Source of the DNA: a virus
Taxonomy: Duplodnaviria > Heunggongvirae > Uroviricota > Caudoviricetes
Reading direction: 5' to 3' (one strand)
IMG/VR virus record: IMGVR_UViG_2778261504_000002
Location: 1-16,850 of that record
Length of the DNA: 16,850 bases
The notes beneath the pieces are model-generated. The model was given only the letters and a program-made list of their open reading frames with translations, had not been told where the DNA came from and did no database searches. Below are positions 7,615 to 14,404 of the stretch, one piece after another (position 1 is the first letter of the stretch; the number at the start of each line of letters is the position of its first letter). The position numbers were made by a program, and so were the translations under genes.

Positions 7615-8267
7615 GGTAATAATAAGTAATTTCCGTCAGAAGTCATTTCGTCATTCAGGTTGCTAGCCGCTGTGAAACTTGATGACAAGTTACTTATCAA
7701 AGAAAAAACATTCCGTTTTTCTTTGCATTTGCCATTACCCCTTACTGCGCTGAACAACATTTTTGAAAAGTAAGATTCTGTAGCCTTTTCAGCGAAATAA
7801 GCAGAAGGTGATGTGACGGCTGACTCACACCGAGCAATGACGCTAGTCATGGCTGTTTCTTCTTCCTCTGCGTCAACTAGGCTCCATTCAATTGCGCTCA
7901 TATCTTGAATTAAGATATCTGCAGGAATTCCAAGTCCGTCATGTAGTCTACGGATCATTGAAAGACTTAATGGACGCTTACGATTTAAGACCTCAGATAC
8001 TTTAGATGCTGAGCCAATGTATTGTTTCATATCGGCATAAGAGAGGCCTTGTTGATCCATACGGAACTTGATTGCTTCTATGGGATCTGGCTTGTCCATA
8101 GGGAACTCGCGTGACTCATAGTGCTCGATAAGCAAGCCTAGTAGTTCAAACTCATCAAAATCTTCAGTTCCAGGTTGTAAATCACTAGACGCAAGTTCAA
8201 TGAGCCTTTCCATAGCTGCAGCATGCTCTTCACTATTTTTAATGATGCGCCAGCTAGTTCGATTCAT
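7611..8267 (-). CDS. higA: HigA-like HTH antitoxin with a roughly 95-aa C-terminal extension
   Basis: Residues about 60-125 (IKFRMDQQGLSYADMKQYIGSASKVSEVLNRKRPLSLSMIRRLHDGLGIPADIL) resemble E. coli HigA. The ORF continues about 95 aa beyond the point where canonical HigA ends. Start overlaps the toxin stop. Confidence 0.7.
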   Translation of the reverse strand: MNRTSWRIIKNSEEHAAAMERLIELASSDLQPGTEDFDEFELLGLLIEHYESREFPMDKPDPIEAIKFRMDQQGLSYADMKQYIGSASKVSEVLNRKRPLSLSMIRRLHDGLGIPADILIQDMSAIEWSLVDAEEEETAMTSVIARCESAVTSPSAYFAEKATESYFSKMLFSAVRGNGKCKEKRNVFSLISNLSSSFTAASNLNDEMTSDGNYLLLP

Positions 8268-8551
8268 TTAAGCCTCCACTTGTCGTACTCTGCATGAGTT
8301 CCAACTCTTTCAACTATGACCATTCCTGCCTGGTAAACAACTTGGACAACGAGCCGATAGTTATTGCCTTTTATATTAAAAATTACCCTGTTGTTAGGAA
8401 GGAAGTCGGCAGAATTAAATCTATTCCGTATGTCTTGAGTCGTTTTCCAGTTTTCTCTTATCACTTCATCATACCAAGAGTCTAAAGCCCCCTTGGCCTG
8501 ATTGTGCTTCCGGCTAAAACTGTGAAGCTTCTCTACGTTTAAGACCTTCAT
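8264..8551 (-). CDS. higB: HigB-like toxin (RelE/ParE-fold mRNA interferase)
   Basis: 95-aa ORF. C-terminal RVIFNIKGNNYRLVVQVVYQAGMVIVERVGTHAEYDKW aligns with E. coli HigB (HYVFNVGGNELRVVAMVFFESQKCYIREVMTHKEYD) as I recall it. Toxin-first order and tight coupling to the antitoxin. Confidence 0.75.
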   Translation of the reverse strand: MKVLNVEKLHSFSRKHNQAKGALDSWYDEVIRENWKTTQDIRNRFNSADFLPNNRVIFNIKGNNYRLVVQVVYQAGMVIVERVGTHAEYDKWRLK

Positions 8552-8563
8552 AATCCGATTTTG

Positions 8564-8605
8564 TTCCCTCTTTGGGAATTATAGATTCATTTCCCATAAA
8601 GGGAA
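8564..8605 (-). promoter_or_regulatory. TAC promoter with paired inverted-repeat operators
   Basis: Perfect TATAAT on the minus strand (plus 8578..8583), flanked by two copies of TTCCC-N5-GGGAA (8564..8578 and 8591..8605), within 60 nt upstream of the higB ATG. The proximal repeat also covers the AGAGGGAA ribosome-binding site. Confidence 0.45.
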
Positions 8606-8687
8606 TCTGTATTTTTATCCAGAAATGCTATGTACATCACCCAAACGTCTCTTCAGGCCACTGGTTACCAGCTATGTGACGATGAAG

Positions 8688-9392
8688 TCACGAACTTTTC
8701 AGCCACTCCCTTGCCTCGATGTCATCCAGATGGCGAGATTGCTTCAGAATACCAGCCACATACTCCACCTTTGCTACTTGATGATAAGGCAACGTTATTG
8801 GCCTGTGGTCCTGGTTGATGCTTGTAAATTGGTATTCTCCGTCTCTGTCATAGCCAAGAACTTTGATCATGTTGTGTCCTTCAACAGTTCTGACAAACAC
8901 CTCATCACCCGGGAATACTTTGGTGTTAGGCTCAATGAGTACATATTCTCCTGATTTTATTCTGGGCCACATGCTGTCTCCTTTCACACGAAGACCAAAG
9001 GCATCTGGATCATCGCTATAAATTTTGAGCCACCCATCGCGCTCTTCGGTCATCTCGATGGCACCATCAACACCAAGAATTGCCTCACCAACCACGCGCA
9101 CTAACCCTTTTCTTACCTGACCGACAAAAGTTAAAGAATCTGAGCATGATGCAATTGGTGTTACATCATGTACCAAATCAAGCCACCCATTAGGTAACCC
9201 AAGCGCGGCTTCAAATTTTCTTGCTAGTTTATCCCCTATGTTTCGAGTGCTTTTTTCACCGGAGACTTGCGTGAGTTGAGAAGGGCTAACCCCAAGCTTA
9301 TCGGCAAAGCTTGCATTAGTGTTACCCGCGATTTTTTTATGCTCATCTAGCAAAAACGCCAGATTCGATTTGCGAATATCTTTGTTTTCCAT
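8688..9392 (-). CDS. cI: CI-like prophage repressor (HTH plus S24 LexA-like peptidase domain)
   Basis: 234-aa ORF transcribed away from cro. N-terminal HTH (NASFADKLGVSPSQLTQV) and a C-terminal region with the GDSMWP Ser-protease motif and a downstream Lys, as in autocleaving repressors. Sequence is unlike lambda, 434 or P22 repressors as far as I recall. Confidence 0.85.
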   Translation of the reverse strand: MENKDIRKSNLAFLLDEHKKIAGNTNASFADKLGVSPSQLTQVSGEKSTRNIGDKLARKFEAALGLPNGWLDLVHDVTPIASCSDSLTFVGQVRKGLVRVVGEAILGVDGAIEMTEERDGWLKIYSDDPDAFGLRVKGDSMWPRIKSGEYVLIEPNTKVFPGDEVFVRTVEGHNMIKVLGYDRDGEYQFTSINQDHRPITLPYHQVAKVEYVAGILKQSRHLDDIEAREWLKSS

Positions 9393-9419
9393 CTCACAAT
9401 TTTCCCTCTATTTAGCAAA

Positions 9420-9500
9420 TGGATAAATACGCAATATGATAAATTTACATTGCGGATGATTTATCAAAATGGTAAAGTTGTTCTGTGTGATAAACGGAGG
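9420..9500. promoter_or_regulatory. OR operator region with pR (and presumably pRM)
   Basis: Plus strand reads TTGCGG-17 nt-TAAAGT (-35 at 9450..9455, -10 at 9473..9478) upstream of cro. Operator-like repeats ATGATAAATT (9436..9445), ATGATTTATCA (9456..9466) and TGATAAAC (9488..9495). Architecture mirrors pL. Confidence 0.5.
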
Positions 9501-9505
9501 CACTA

Positions 9506-9739
9506 ATGAGTAATGAACTACTACGCTGGCGAAAAGAGGCTTCTAGTGAGGAATGGAAGCGACTCGCCGCATTAGCGAAAACTTCAGTTGGCTATCTTGA
9601 CCAGATTGCATATGGATTTCGAAGAGCTTCCCCTGATAAAGCGAATGCAATCGAAGAAGCTACTCGTAATTTCACGGGTTATAAACCTGTGAAAAAGGAA
9701 AACCTAGTGTTCGTATCGCGTAGAGCATCGGCTGCATAA
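9506..9739 (+). CDS. cro: Cro-like HTH regulator
   Basis: 77-aa ORF transcribed away from cI, with a GGAGG ribosome-binding site. First gene of the rightward operon. Family assignment is by position and size rather than strong sequence recall. Confidence 0.6.
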   Translation: MSNELLRWRKEASSEEWKRLAALAKTSVGYLDQIAYGFRRASPDKANAIEEATRNFTGYKPVKKENLVFVSRRASAA

Positions 9740-9777
9740 GTAACACCGCTATTTTCACAATGGACATTCGTCCTACG

Positions 9778-9792
9778 TCGCTGACAAAGCGA
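9778..9792 (+). promoter_or_regulatory. nutR boxB-like hairpin
   Basis: TCGCTGACAAAGCGA: 5-bp stem with the same GACAA loop as the nutL boxB. Located between cro and cII. Confidence 0.5.
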
Positions 9793-9877
9793 GTCCCAAT
9801 ATATCTGACCAACTAAGGCCACATGCGTTTCCACGCATACCTTTCAACTAACTATTCACTATTGGAAATCTTAAGAA

Positions 9878-10177
9878 ATGGAACAAACAAGTTACAGCAA
9901 ACTATCACAGCGAGAAATTGATCGCGCTGAAACTGATTTACTCATCAACCTGTCAACGCTTACCCAGCGCGGTCTGGCAAAGATGATTGGCTGTCATGAA
10001 TCGAAGATAAGCAGAACGGACTGGAGATTTATTGCTTCGGTCTTGTGTGCTTTCGGAATGGCATCAGACATCAGTCCGATTAGCAGAGCTTTTAAGTATG
10101 CGCTTGATGGACTCACCAATAAAAAACGCCCGGTGTGCAAGACCGAGCGTTCTGAACAAATCCAGATGGAATTCTGA
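9878..10177 (+). CDS. cII: CII transcriptional activator
   Basis: C-terminus LTNKKRPVCKTERSEQIQMEF matches lambda CII (ILTNKKRPAATERSEQIQMEF). The HTH region differs from lambda. Confidence 0.9.
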   Translation: MEQTSYSKLSQREIDRAETDLLINLSTLTQRGLAKMIGCHESKISRTDWRFIASVLCAFGMASDISPISRAFKYALDGLTNKKRPVCKTERSEQIQMEF

Positions 10178-10199
10178 GGGAATTACTGGATCAATCCAC
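10119..10199 (-). ncRNA. oop: oop-like antisense RNA
   Basis: The region over the cII 3' end and the cII-O junction matches lambda oop as I recall it. On the minus strand it ends in a hairpin (CGCTCGG...CCGGGCG) plus TTTTTTAT. Confidence 0.45.
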
Positions 10200-10209
10200 A
10201 GGAGTCATT

Positions 10210-11148
10210 ATGACAAATACAGCAAAAATACTCAACTTCGGCAGAGGTAACTTTGCCGAACAGGAGCGTAATGTGGCAGATCTCGATGATGGTTACGCCA
10301 GACTATCAAATATGCTGCTTGAGGCCTATTCAGGCGCAGATCTGACCAAGCGACAGTTTAAAGTGCTGCTTGCCATTCTGCGTAAAACCTATGGGTGGAA
10401 TAAACCAATGGACAGAATCACCGATTCTCAACTTAGCGAGATTACAAAGTTACCTGTCAAACGGTGCAATGAAGCCAAGTTAGAACTCGTCAGAATGAAT
10501 ATTATCAAGCAGCAAGGCGGCATGTTTGGACCAAATAAAAACATCTCAGAATGGTGCATCCCTCAAAACGAGGGAGGTTCCCCTAAAATGAGGGACATCC
10601 CTCAAAACGAGGGAAAATCCCCTAAAACGAGGGATAAAACATCCCTCAAATTAGGGGATTGCTATCCCTCAAAACAGGGGGACACAAAAGACACTATTAC
10701 AAAAGAAAAAAGAAAAGATTATTCGTCCGAGAATTCTGGCGAATCCTCTGACCAGCCAGAAAACGATCTTTCTGTGGTTAAACCGGATGCTGCAATTCAG
10801 AGCGGCAGCAAGTGGGGAACAGCAGAAGACCTGACCGCCGCAGAGTGGATGTTTGACATGGTGAAGACCATCGCACCATCAGCCAGAAAACCGAATTTTG
10901 CAGGGTGGGCTAACGATATCCGCCTGATGCGTGAACGTGACGGACGTAACCACCGCGATATGTGTGTGCTTTTCCGCTGGGCCTGCCAGGACAACTTCTG
11001 GTCCGGTAACGTGCTGAGTCCGGCCAAACTCCGCGACAAGTGGACCCAGCTCGAAATCAACCGTAACAAGCAACAGGCAGCCGTGACAGCCAGCAAACCA
11101 AAACTCGACCTGACAAACACAGACTGGATTTACGGGGTGGATCTATGA
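10210..11148 (+). CDS. O: replication initiator O
   Basis: Near-identical to lambda O along its length (MTNTAKILNFGRGNFA...TNTDWIYGVDL), with an extra 13 aa (GGSPKMRDIPQNE) in the iteron-encoded segment. Confidence 0.95.
   Translation: MTNTAKILNFGRGNFAEQERNVADLDDGYARLSNMLLEAYSGADLTKRQFKVLLAILRKTYGWNKPMDRITDSQLSEITKLPVKRCNEAKLELVRMNIIKQQGGMFGPNKNISEWCIPQNEGGSPKMRDIPQNEGKSPKTRDKTSLKLGDCYPSKQGDTKDTITKEKRKDYSSENSGESSDQPENDLSVVKPDAAIQSGSKWGTAEDLTAAEWMFDMVKTIAPSARKPNFAGWANDIRLMRERDGRNHRDMCVLFRWACQDNFWSGNVLSPAKLRDKWTQLEINRNKQQAAVTASKPKLDLTNTDWIYGVDL
10559..10682 (+). repeat. ori-lambda iterons (six copies) with adjacent AT-rich region
   Basis: Six tandem roughly 18-19 bp repeats of the TCCCTCAAAACGAGGGA type inside O, followed by the AT-rich stretch at 10683..10720. 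Canonical lambda has four as I recall. Confidence 0.85.
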
Positions 11149-11846
11149 AAAACATCGCCGCACAGATGGTTAACTTTGACCGTGAGCAGATGCGTCGGAT
11201 CGCCAACAACATGCCGGAACAGTACGACGAAAAGCCTCAGGTACAGCAGGTAGCGCAGATCATCAACGGTGTGTTCAGCCAGTTACTGGCAACTTTCCCG
11301 GCGAGCCTGGCTAACCGTGACCAGAACGAACTGAACGAAATCCGCCGCCAGTGGGTTCTGGCTTTCCGGGAAAACGGGATCACCACAATGGAACAGGTTA
11401 ACGCAGGAATGCGCGTAGCCCGTCGGCAGAATCGACCATTTCTGCCATCACCCGGGCAGTTTGTTGCATGGTGCCGGGAAGAAGCATCCGTTATCGCCGG
11501 ACTGCCAAACGTCAGCGAGCTGGTTGATATGGTTTACGAGTATTGCCGGAAGCGAGGCCTGTATCCGGATGCGGAGTCTTATCCGTGGAAATCAAACGCG
11601 CACTACTGGCTGGTTACCAACCTGTATCAGAACATGCGGGCCAATGCGCTTACTGATGCGGAATTACGCCGTAAGGCCGCAGATGAGCTTGTCCATATGA
11701 CTGCGAGAATTAACCGTGGTGAGGCGATCCCTGAACCAGTAAAACAACTTCCTGTCATGGGCGGTAGACCTCTAAATCGTGCACAGGCTCTGGCGAAGAT
11801 CGCAGAACTCAAAGCTAAGTTCGGACTGAAAGGAGCAAGTGTATGA
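11145..11846 (+). CDS. P: replication protein P (DnaB helicase loader)
   Basis: Essentially identical to lambda P (MKNIAAQMVNFDREQMRRIANNMPEQYDEK...KFGLKGASV). Start overlaps the O stop. Confidence 0.95.
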   Translation: MKNIAAQMVNFDREQMRRIANNMPEQYDEKPQVQQVAQIINGVFSQLLATFPASLANRDQNELNEIRRQWVLAFRENGITTMEQVNAGMRVARRQNRPFLPSPGQFVAWCREEASVIAGLPNVSELVDMVYEYCRKRGLYPDAESYPWKSNAHYWLVTNLYQNMRANALTDAELRRKAADELVHMTARINRGEAIPEPVKQLPVMGGRPLNRAQALAKIAELKAKFGLKGASV

Positions 11847-12133
11847 CGGGCAAAGAGGCAATTATTCATTACCTGGGGACGCATAATAGCTTCTGTGCGC
11901 CGGACGTTGCCGCGCTAACAGGCGCAACAGTAACCAGCATAAATCAGGCCGCAGCTAAAATGGCACGGGCAGGTCTTCTGGTTATCGAAGGTAAGGTCTG
12001 GCGAACGGTGTATTACCGGTTTGCTACCAGGGAAGAACGGGAAGGAAAGGTGAGCACGAACCTGATTTTTAAGGAGTGTCGCCAGAGTGCCGCGATGAAA
12101 CGGGTATTGGCGGTATATGGAGTTAAAAGATGA
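11843..12133 (+). CDS. ren: Ren
   Basis: 96-aa ORF matching lambda Ren (MTGKEAIIHYLGTHNSFCAPD...). Start overlaps the P stop. Confidence 0.9.
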   Translation: MTGKEAIIHYLGTHNSFCAPDVAALTGATVTSINQAAAKMARAGLLVIEGKVWRTVYYRFATREEREGKVSTNLIFKECRQSAAMKRVLAVYGVKR

Positions 12134-12158
12134 CCATCTACATCACTGAGCTAATGAC

Positions 12159-12190
12159 AGGCCTGCTGGTAATCGCAGGCCTTTTTATTT
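12159..12190 (+). terminator. tR2-like intrinsic terminator
   Basis: Perfect 8-bp stem AGGCCTGC / GCAGGCCT with an 8-nt loop, followed by TTTTATTT. Lies directly downstream of ren, as in lambda. Confidence 0.75.
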
Positions 12191-12203
12191 GGGGGAGAGG
12201 GAA

Positions 12204-12506
12204 GTGAACGATAGCTACCGACAGTTTGAAAACTGGTGGTCAAAAGACAAAAGCCAGTTCACGGGAGACGATGAATTAAAAGAGTTTGCCTGGGTGATAT
12301 GGCAGGCATCGCGCTCTGCTATTGAACTGGATATCGACTGGCCCGAATCGAATGACGACTTTTGGAAAGATGGTGAAGAAGGTGCTTATGCGATGGGTTA
12401 TGAGGATGGGCGTGACAAAACGGTAATTGCAGTAATGAAAGCTATCAGAGCCGCTGGAATTAAAGAGAAGAATTTCGATGAAGCAAACAATATTCCTCCG
12501 AACTAA
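12204..12506 (+). CDS. hypothetical acidic protein
   Basis: Track ORF 12189..12506. Probable GTG start at 12204 preceded by GGGGGAGAGGGAA. Lies between tR2 and ninB, where lambda has no gene. Confidence 0.45.
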   Translation: MNDSYRQFENWWSKDKSQFTGDDELKEFAWVIWQASRSAIELDIDWPESNDDFWKDGEEGAYAMGYEDGRDKTVIAVMKAIRAAGIKEKNFDEANNIPPN

Positions 12507-12888
12507 GCAACAACAGCAAGCCGCAATCAACGCCATCCTCGCAACACCACTCGATAAAGACAAGCCAGTCACCATCCGCATTACTGACTACAAGCGCAAC
12601 CTTGACCAGAACGCAAAATTTCACGCGATGCTGGCGGATATCGCACGTCAGGTTCAATGGTGCGATAAGTGGTTAAAACCAGAACAATGGAAGGTTTTGT
12701 TGATTAGCGGTCATGCAGTGGCAACAAAGCAGGAAGCTGATGTTTTGCCCGGCCTTGAAGGCGAATACGTCAACATTCGCGAAAGTAGCGCGCAGATGAG
12801 TGTGAAGCGTATGGCAAGTCTGATTGAGTACACGACAGCATGGGCTATTGGTCAGGGCGTCAGATTTACCGACAGGAGGTACGAATGA
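12478..12888 (+). CDS. ninB: NinB (recombination protein)
   Basis: 136-aa ORF with the NinB pattern (AAINAIL...[33 protein letters not shown]), comparable to lambda NinB. Confidence 0.85.
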   Translation: MKQTIFLRTKQQQQAAINAILATPLDKDKPVTIRITDYKRNLDQNAKFHAMLADIARQVQWCDKWLKPEQWKVLLISGHAVATKQEADVLPGLEGEYVNIRESSAQMSVKRMASLIEYTTAWAIGQGVRFTDRRYE

Positions 12889-13061
12889 GACGACAGCGAC
12901 GAAGTATCACCGACATAATCTGTGAAAACTGCAAATACCTTCCAACGAAACGCTCCAGAAATAAACGCAAGCCAATCCCAAAAGAATCTGACGTAAAAAC
13001 CTTCAACTACACGGCTCACCTGTGGGATATCCGGTGGCTAAGACATCGTGCGAGGAAATGA
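12885..13061 (+). CDS. ninE: NinE
   Basis: Track ORF 12840..13061 trimmed to the ATG at 12885 ([27 protein letters not shown]...), near-identical to lambda NinE. ATGA overlap with ninB. Confidence 0.85.
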   Translation: MRRQRRSITDIICENCKYLPTKRSRNKRKPIPKESDVKTFNYTAHLWDIRWLRHRARK

Positions 13062-13063
13062 CA

Positions 13064-13465
13064 ATGCTTTTAATTCAACCTGGATTTGGACTTAGCATCA
13101 AAAAAGGCCACATGTTTGGCGAGAAAGAGTCACAACGAAAAATGGTGTCTATCCGGTTGCCATTTATCAGTATTTATTGGCTAAACAGGGAGGCAACAAA
13201 TTATTGGTATACATGCGCCAGAGCAGCATTTAACGACCCTGACTGGTTTGTGAAAAACCACCACGCAGTTCGTCAGGCAAAGAGAAAGGCCAATATGACA
13301 TACATGAAGGCGTATCAAAAAGCATGGAAAGAACACCGCGATCGATACCAACAAGACATGGAAAAGCTTGAATCAGAAAACATGGAATTAAGACGAAAGC
13401 TCGGTGAAGCAAAACGAGACATTGATGCTTACAAGCGACTTTTTAATGGTGAAAGCCATGCTTAG
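13064..13465 (+). CDS. hypothetical protein (start uncertain)
   Basis: Track ORF 13022..13465. ATG at 13064 has GAGGAA 7 nt upstream. The C-terminal part is coiled-coil-like. Lies between ninE and ninF, which abut each other in lambda. Confidence 0.4.
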   Translation: MLLIQPGFGLSIKKGHMFGEKESQRKMVSIRLPFISIYWLNREATNYWYTCARAAFNDPDWFVKNHHAVRQAKRKANMTYMKAYQKAWKEHRDRYQQDMEKLESENMELRRKLGEAKRDIDAYKRLFNGESHA

Positions 13466-13634
13466 CCCATCCCAATCCCTTCAATACCAGAAAGAAAGCG
13501 TCGAGCGAGCTTTAACGTGCGCTAACTGCGGTCAGAAGCTGCATGTGCTGGAAGTTCACGTGTGTGAGCACTGCTGCGCAGAACTGATGAGCGATCCGAA
13601 TAGCTCAATGTACGAGGAAGAAGACGATGAGTGA
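13458..13634 (+). CDS. ninF: NinF
   Basis: Track ORF 13404..13634 trimmed to MLSPSQSLQYQKESVERALTCANCGQKLHVLEVHVCEHCCAELMSDPNSSM..., which matches lambda NinF. Confidence 0.85.
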   Translation: MLSPSQSLQYQKESVERALTCANCGQKLHVLEVHVCEHCCAELMSDPNSSMYEEEDDE

Positions 13635-14136
13635 TGTTAAAGAAAAAGATATCCCCGGCTTTGAGGGTATATATAAAGTAACTGAAAATGGAGACATCAT
13701 TTCATGCCGTAAATCAAAAAAATTATCTCATGGCATTAAACCAGGAGGATATGCATTTGTCGGTCTGTATCCAGGTGGCGGGAAAAGACCATCATATAAA
13801 ATGGTTCACAGAATTGTTGCAGAAGTATTTATTGATAACCCAGATGGCAAACCGGAAGTTAATCACAAGGATGGAAATAAACTTAATAATAAAGTTGAAA
13901 ATCTTGAGTGGGTAACGCGAACAGAAAATGCGAAACATGGATTTGATTCCGGATTGCTTGTTCATGGGTTTAATCATCACTTCTGCAAACTAACGCCAGA
14001 ACAAGTGAAATCAATATATAAATCAAAAGGCAAATACAGAGATATAGCCAAAGAATTTGGTGTTTGTGCGCAGACAGTGTGCAACATAAAAAACAAATCA
14101 GCGTACCGACGTTTTTTGGAGGGGATTGATGTTTAG
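13627..14136 (+). CDS. HNH homing-type endonuclease
   Basis: 169-aa ORF with a NUMOD4-like N-terminus (GFEGIYKVTENGDIIS) and an HNH motif (VNHKDGNKLNNKVENLEWVTRTENAKHG). Markedly AT-rich codon usage relative to neighbours. Confidence 0.75.
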   Translation: MSDVKEKDIPGFEGIYKVTENGDIISCRKSKKLSHGIKPGGYAFVGLYPGGGKRPSYKMVHRIVAEVFIDNPDGKPEVNHKDGNKLNNKVENLEWVTRTENAKHGFDSGLLVHGFNHHFCKLTPEQVKSIYKSKGKYRDIAKEFGVCAQTVCNIKNKSAYRRFLEGIDV

Positions 14137-14404
14137 AAGCAAAAAATGGCTTCAGGCAGTCAGGGATATTGAATTTTGCGTTCTTTGCGGAAGATACGGA
14201 GTTCAGGCCGCTCATAGAAATGAAGGGAAGGGGGTTGGGATTAAAGTAGATGATTGCCTTACTGCTGCGCTATGTGTTGATTGTCATTCAAGAATTGATA
14301 ATGGGAGAGATATGAGCAGGGAAGAGCGAAGGGCTGAAATGGATCGGGCCATTGTGCTTACCCTTAAAAAATTGGTTAACAATGGGAGGGTGTTTGTCCA
14401 ATGA
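14126..14404 (+). CDS. DUF1364/YbcO-like Cys-rich protein (putative nuclease)
   Basis: 92-aa ORF with CVLCG...AAH...CVDCH..ID, similar in layout to prophage YbcO-type proteins. Sits directly upstream of rusA, as in DLP12-like nin regions. Confidence 0.55.
   Translation: MMFRSKKWLQAVRDIEFCVLCGRYGVQAAHRNEGKGVGIKVDDCLTAALCVDCHSRIDNGRDMSREERRAEMDRAIVLTLKKLVNNGRVFVQ

Noticed and set aside
8294-8954. Plus-strand ORFs 8294..8485, 8625..8954 and 8630..8818
   Set aside because: Antisense to higB and the repressor gene, or within the intergenic promoter region. No support.
10032-10250. 72-aa ORF overlapping the cII 3' end
   Set aside because: Alternative frame inside cII and the cII-O junction. This interval is better explained by cII plus the antisense oop RNA.
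10559-10682. Possible CRISPR array
   Set aside because: The tandem repeats are contiguous 18-19 bp iterons without unique spacers, lie inside the O coding frame, and match ori-lambda. Not a CRISPR.
10797-11884. ORFs 10797..11120, 10879..11073, 11461..11700 and 11627..11884
   Set aside because: Nested inside the near lambda-identical O and P genes on the opposite strand or in other frames.
12276-12657. Minus-strand ORFs 12276..12581 and 12460..12657
   Set aside because: Antisense to the post-tR2 ORF and ninB, with Cys/Leu-rich low-complexity translations.
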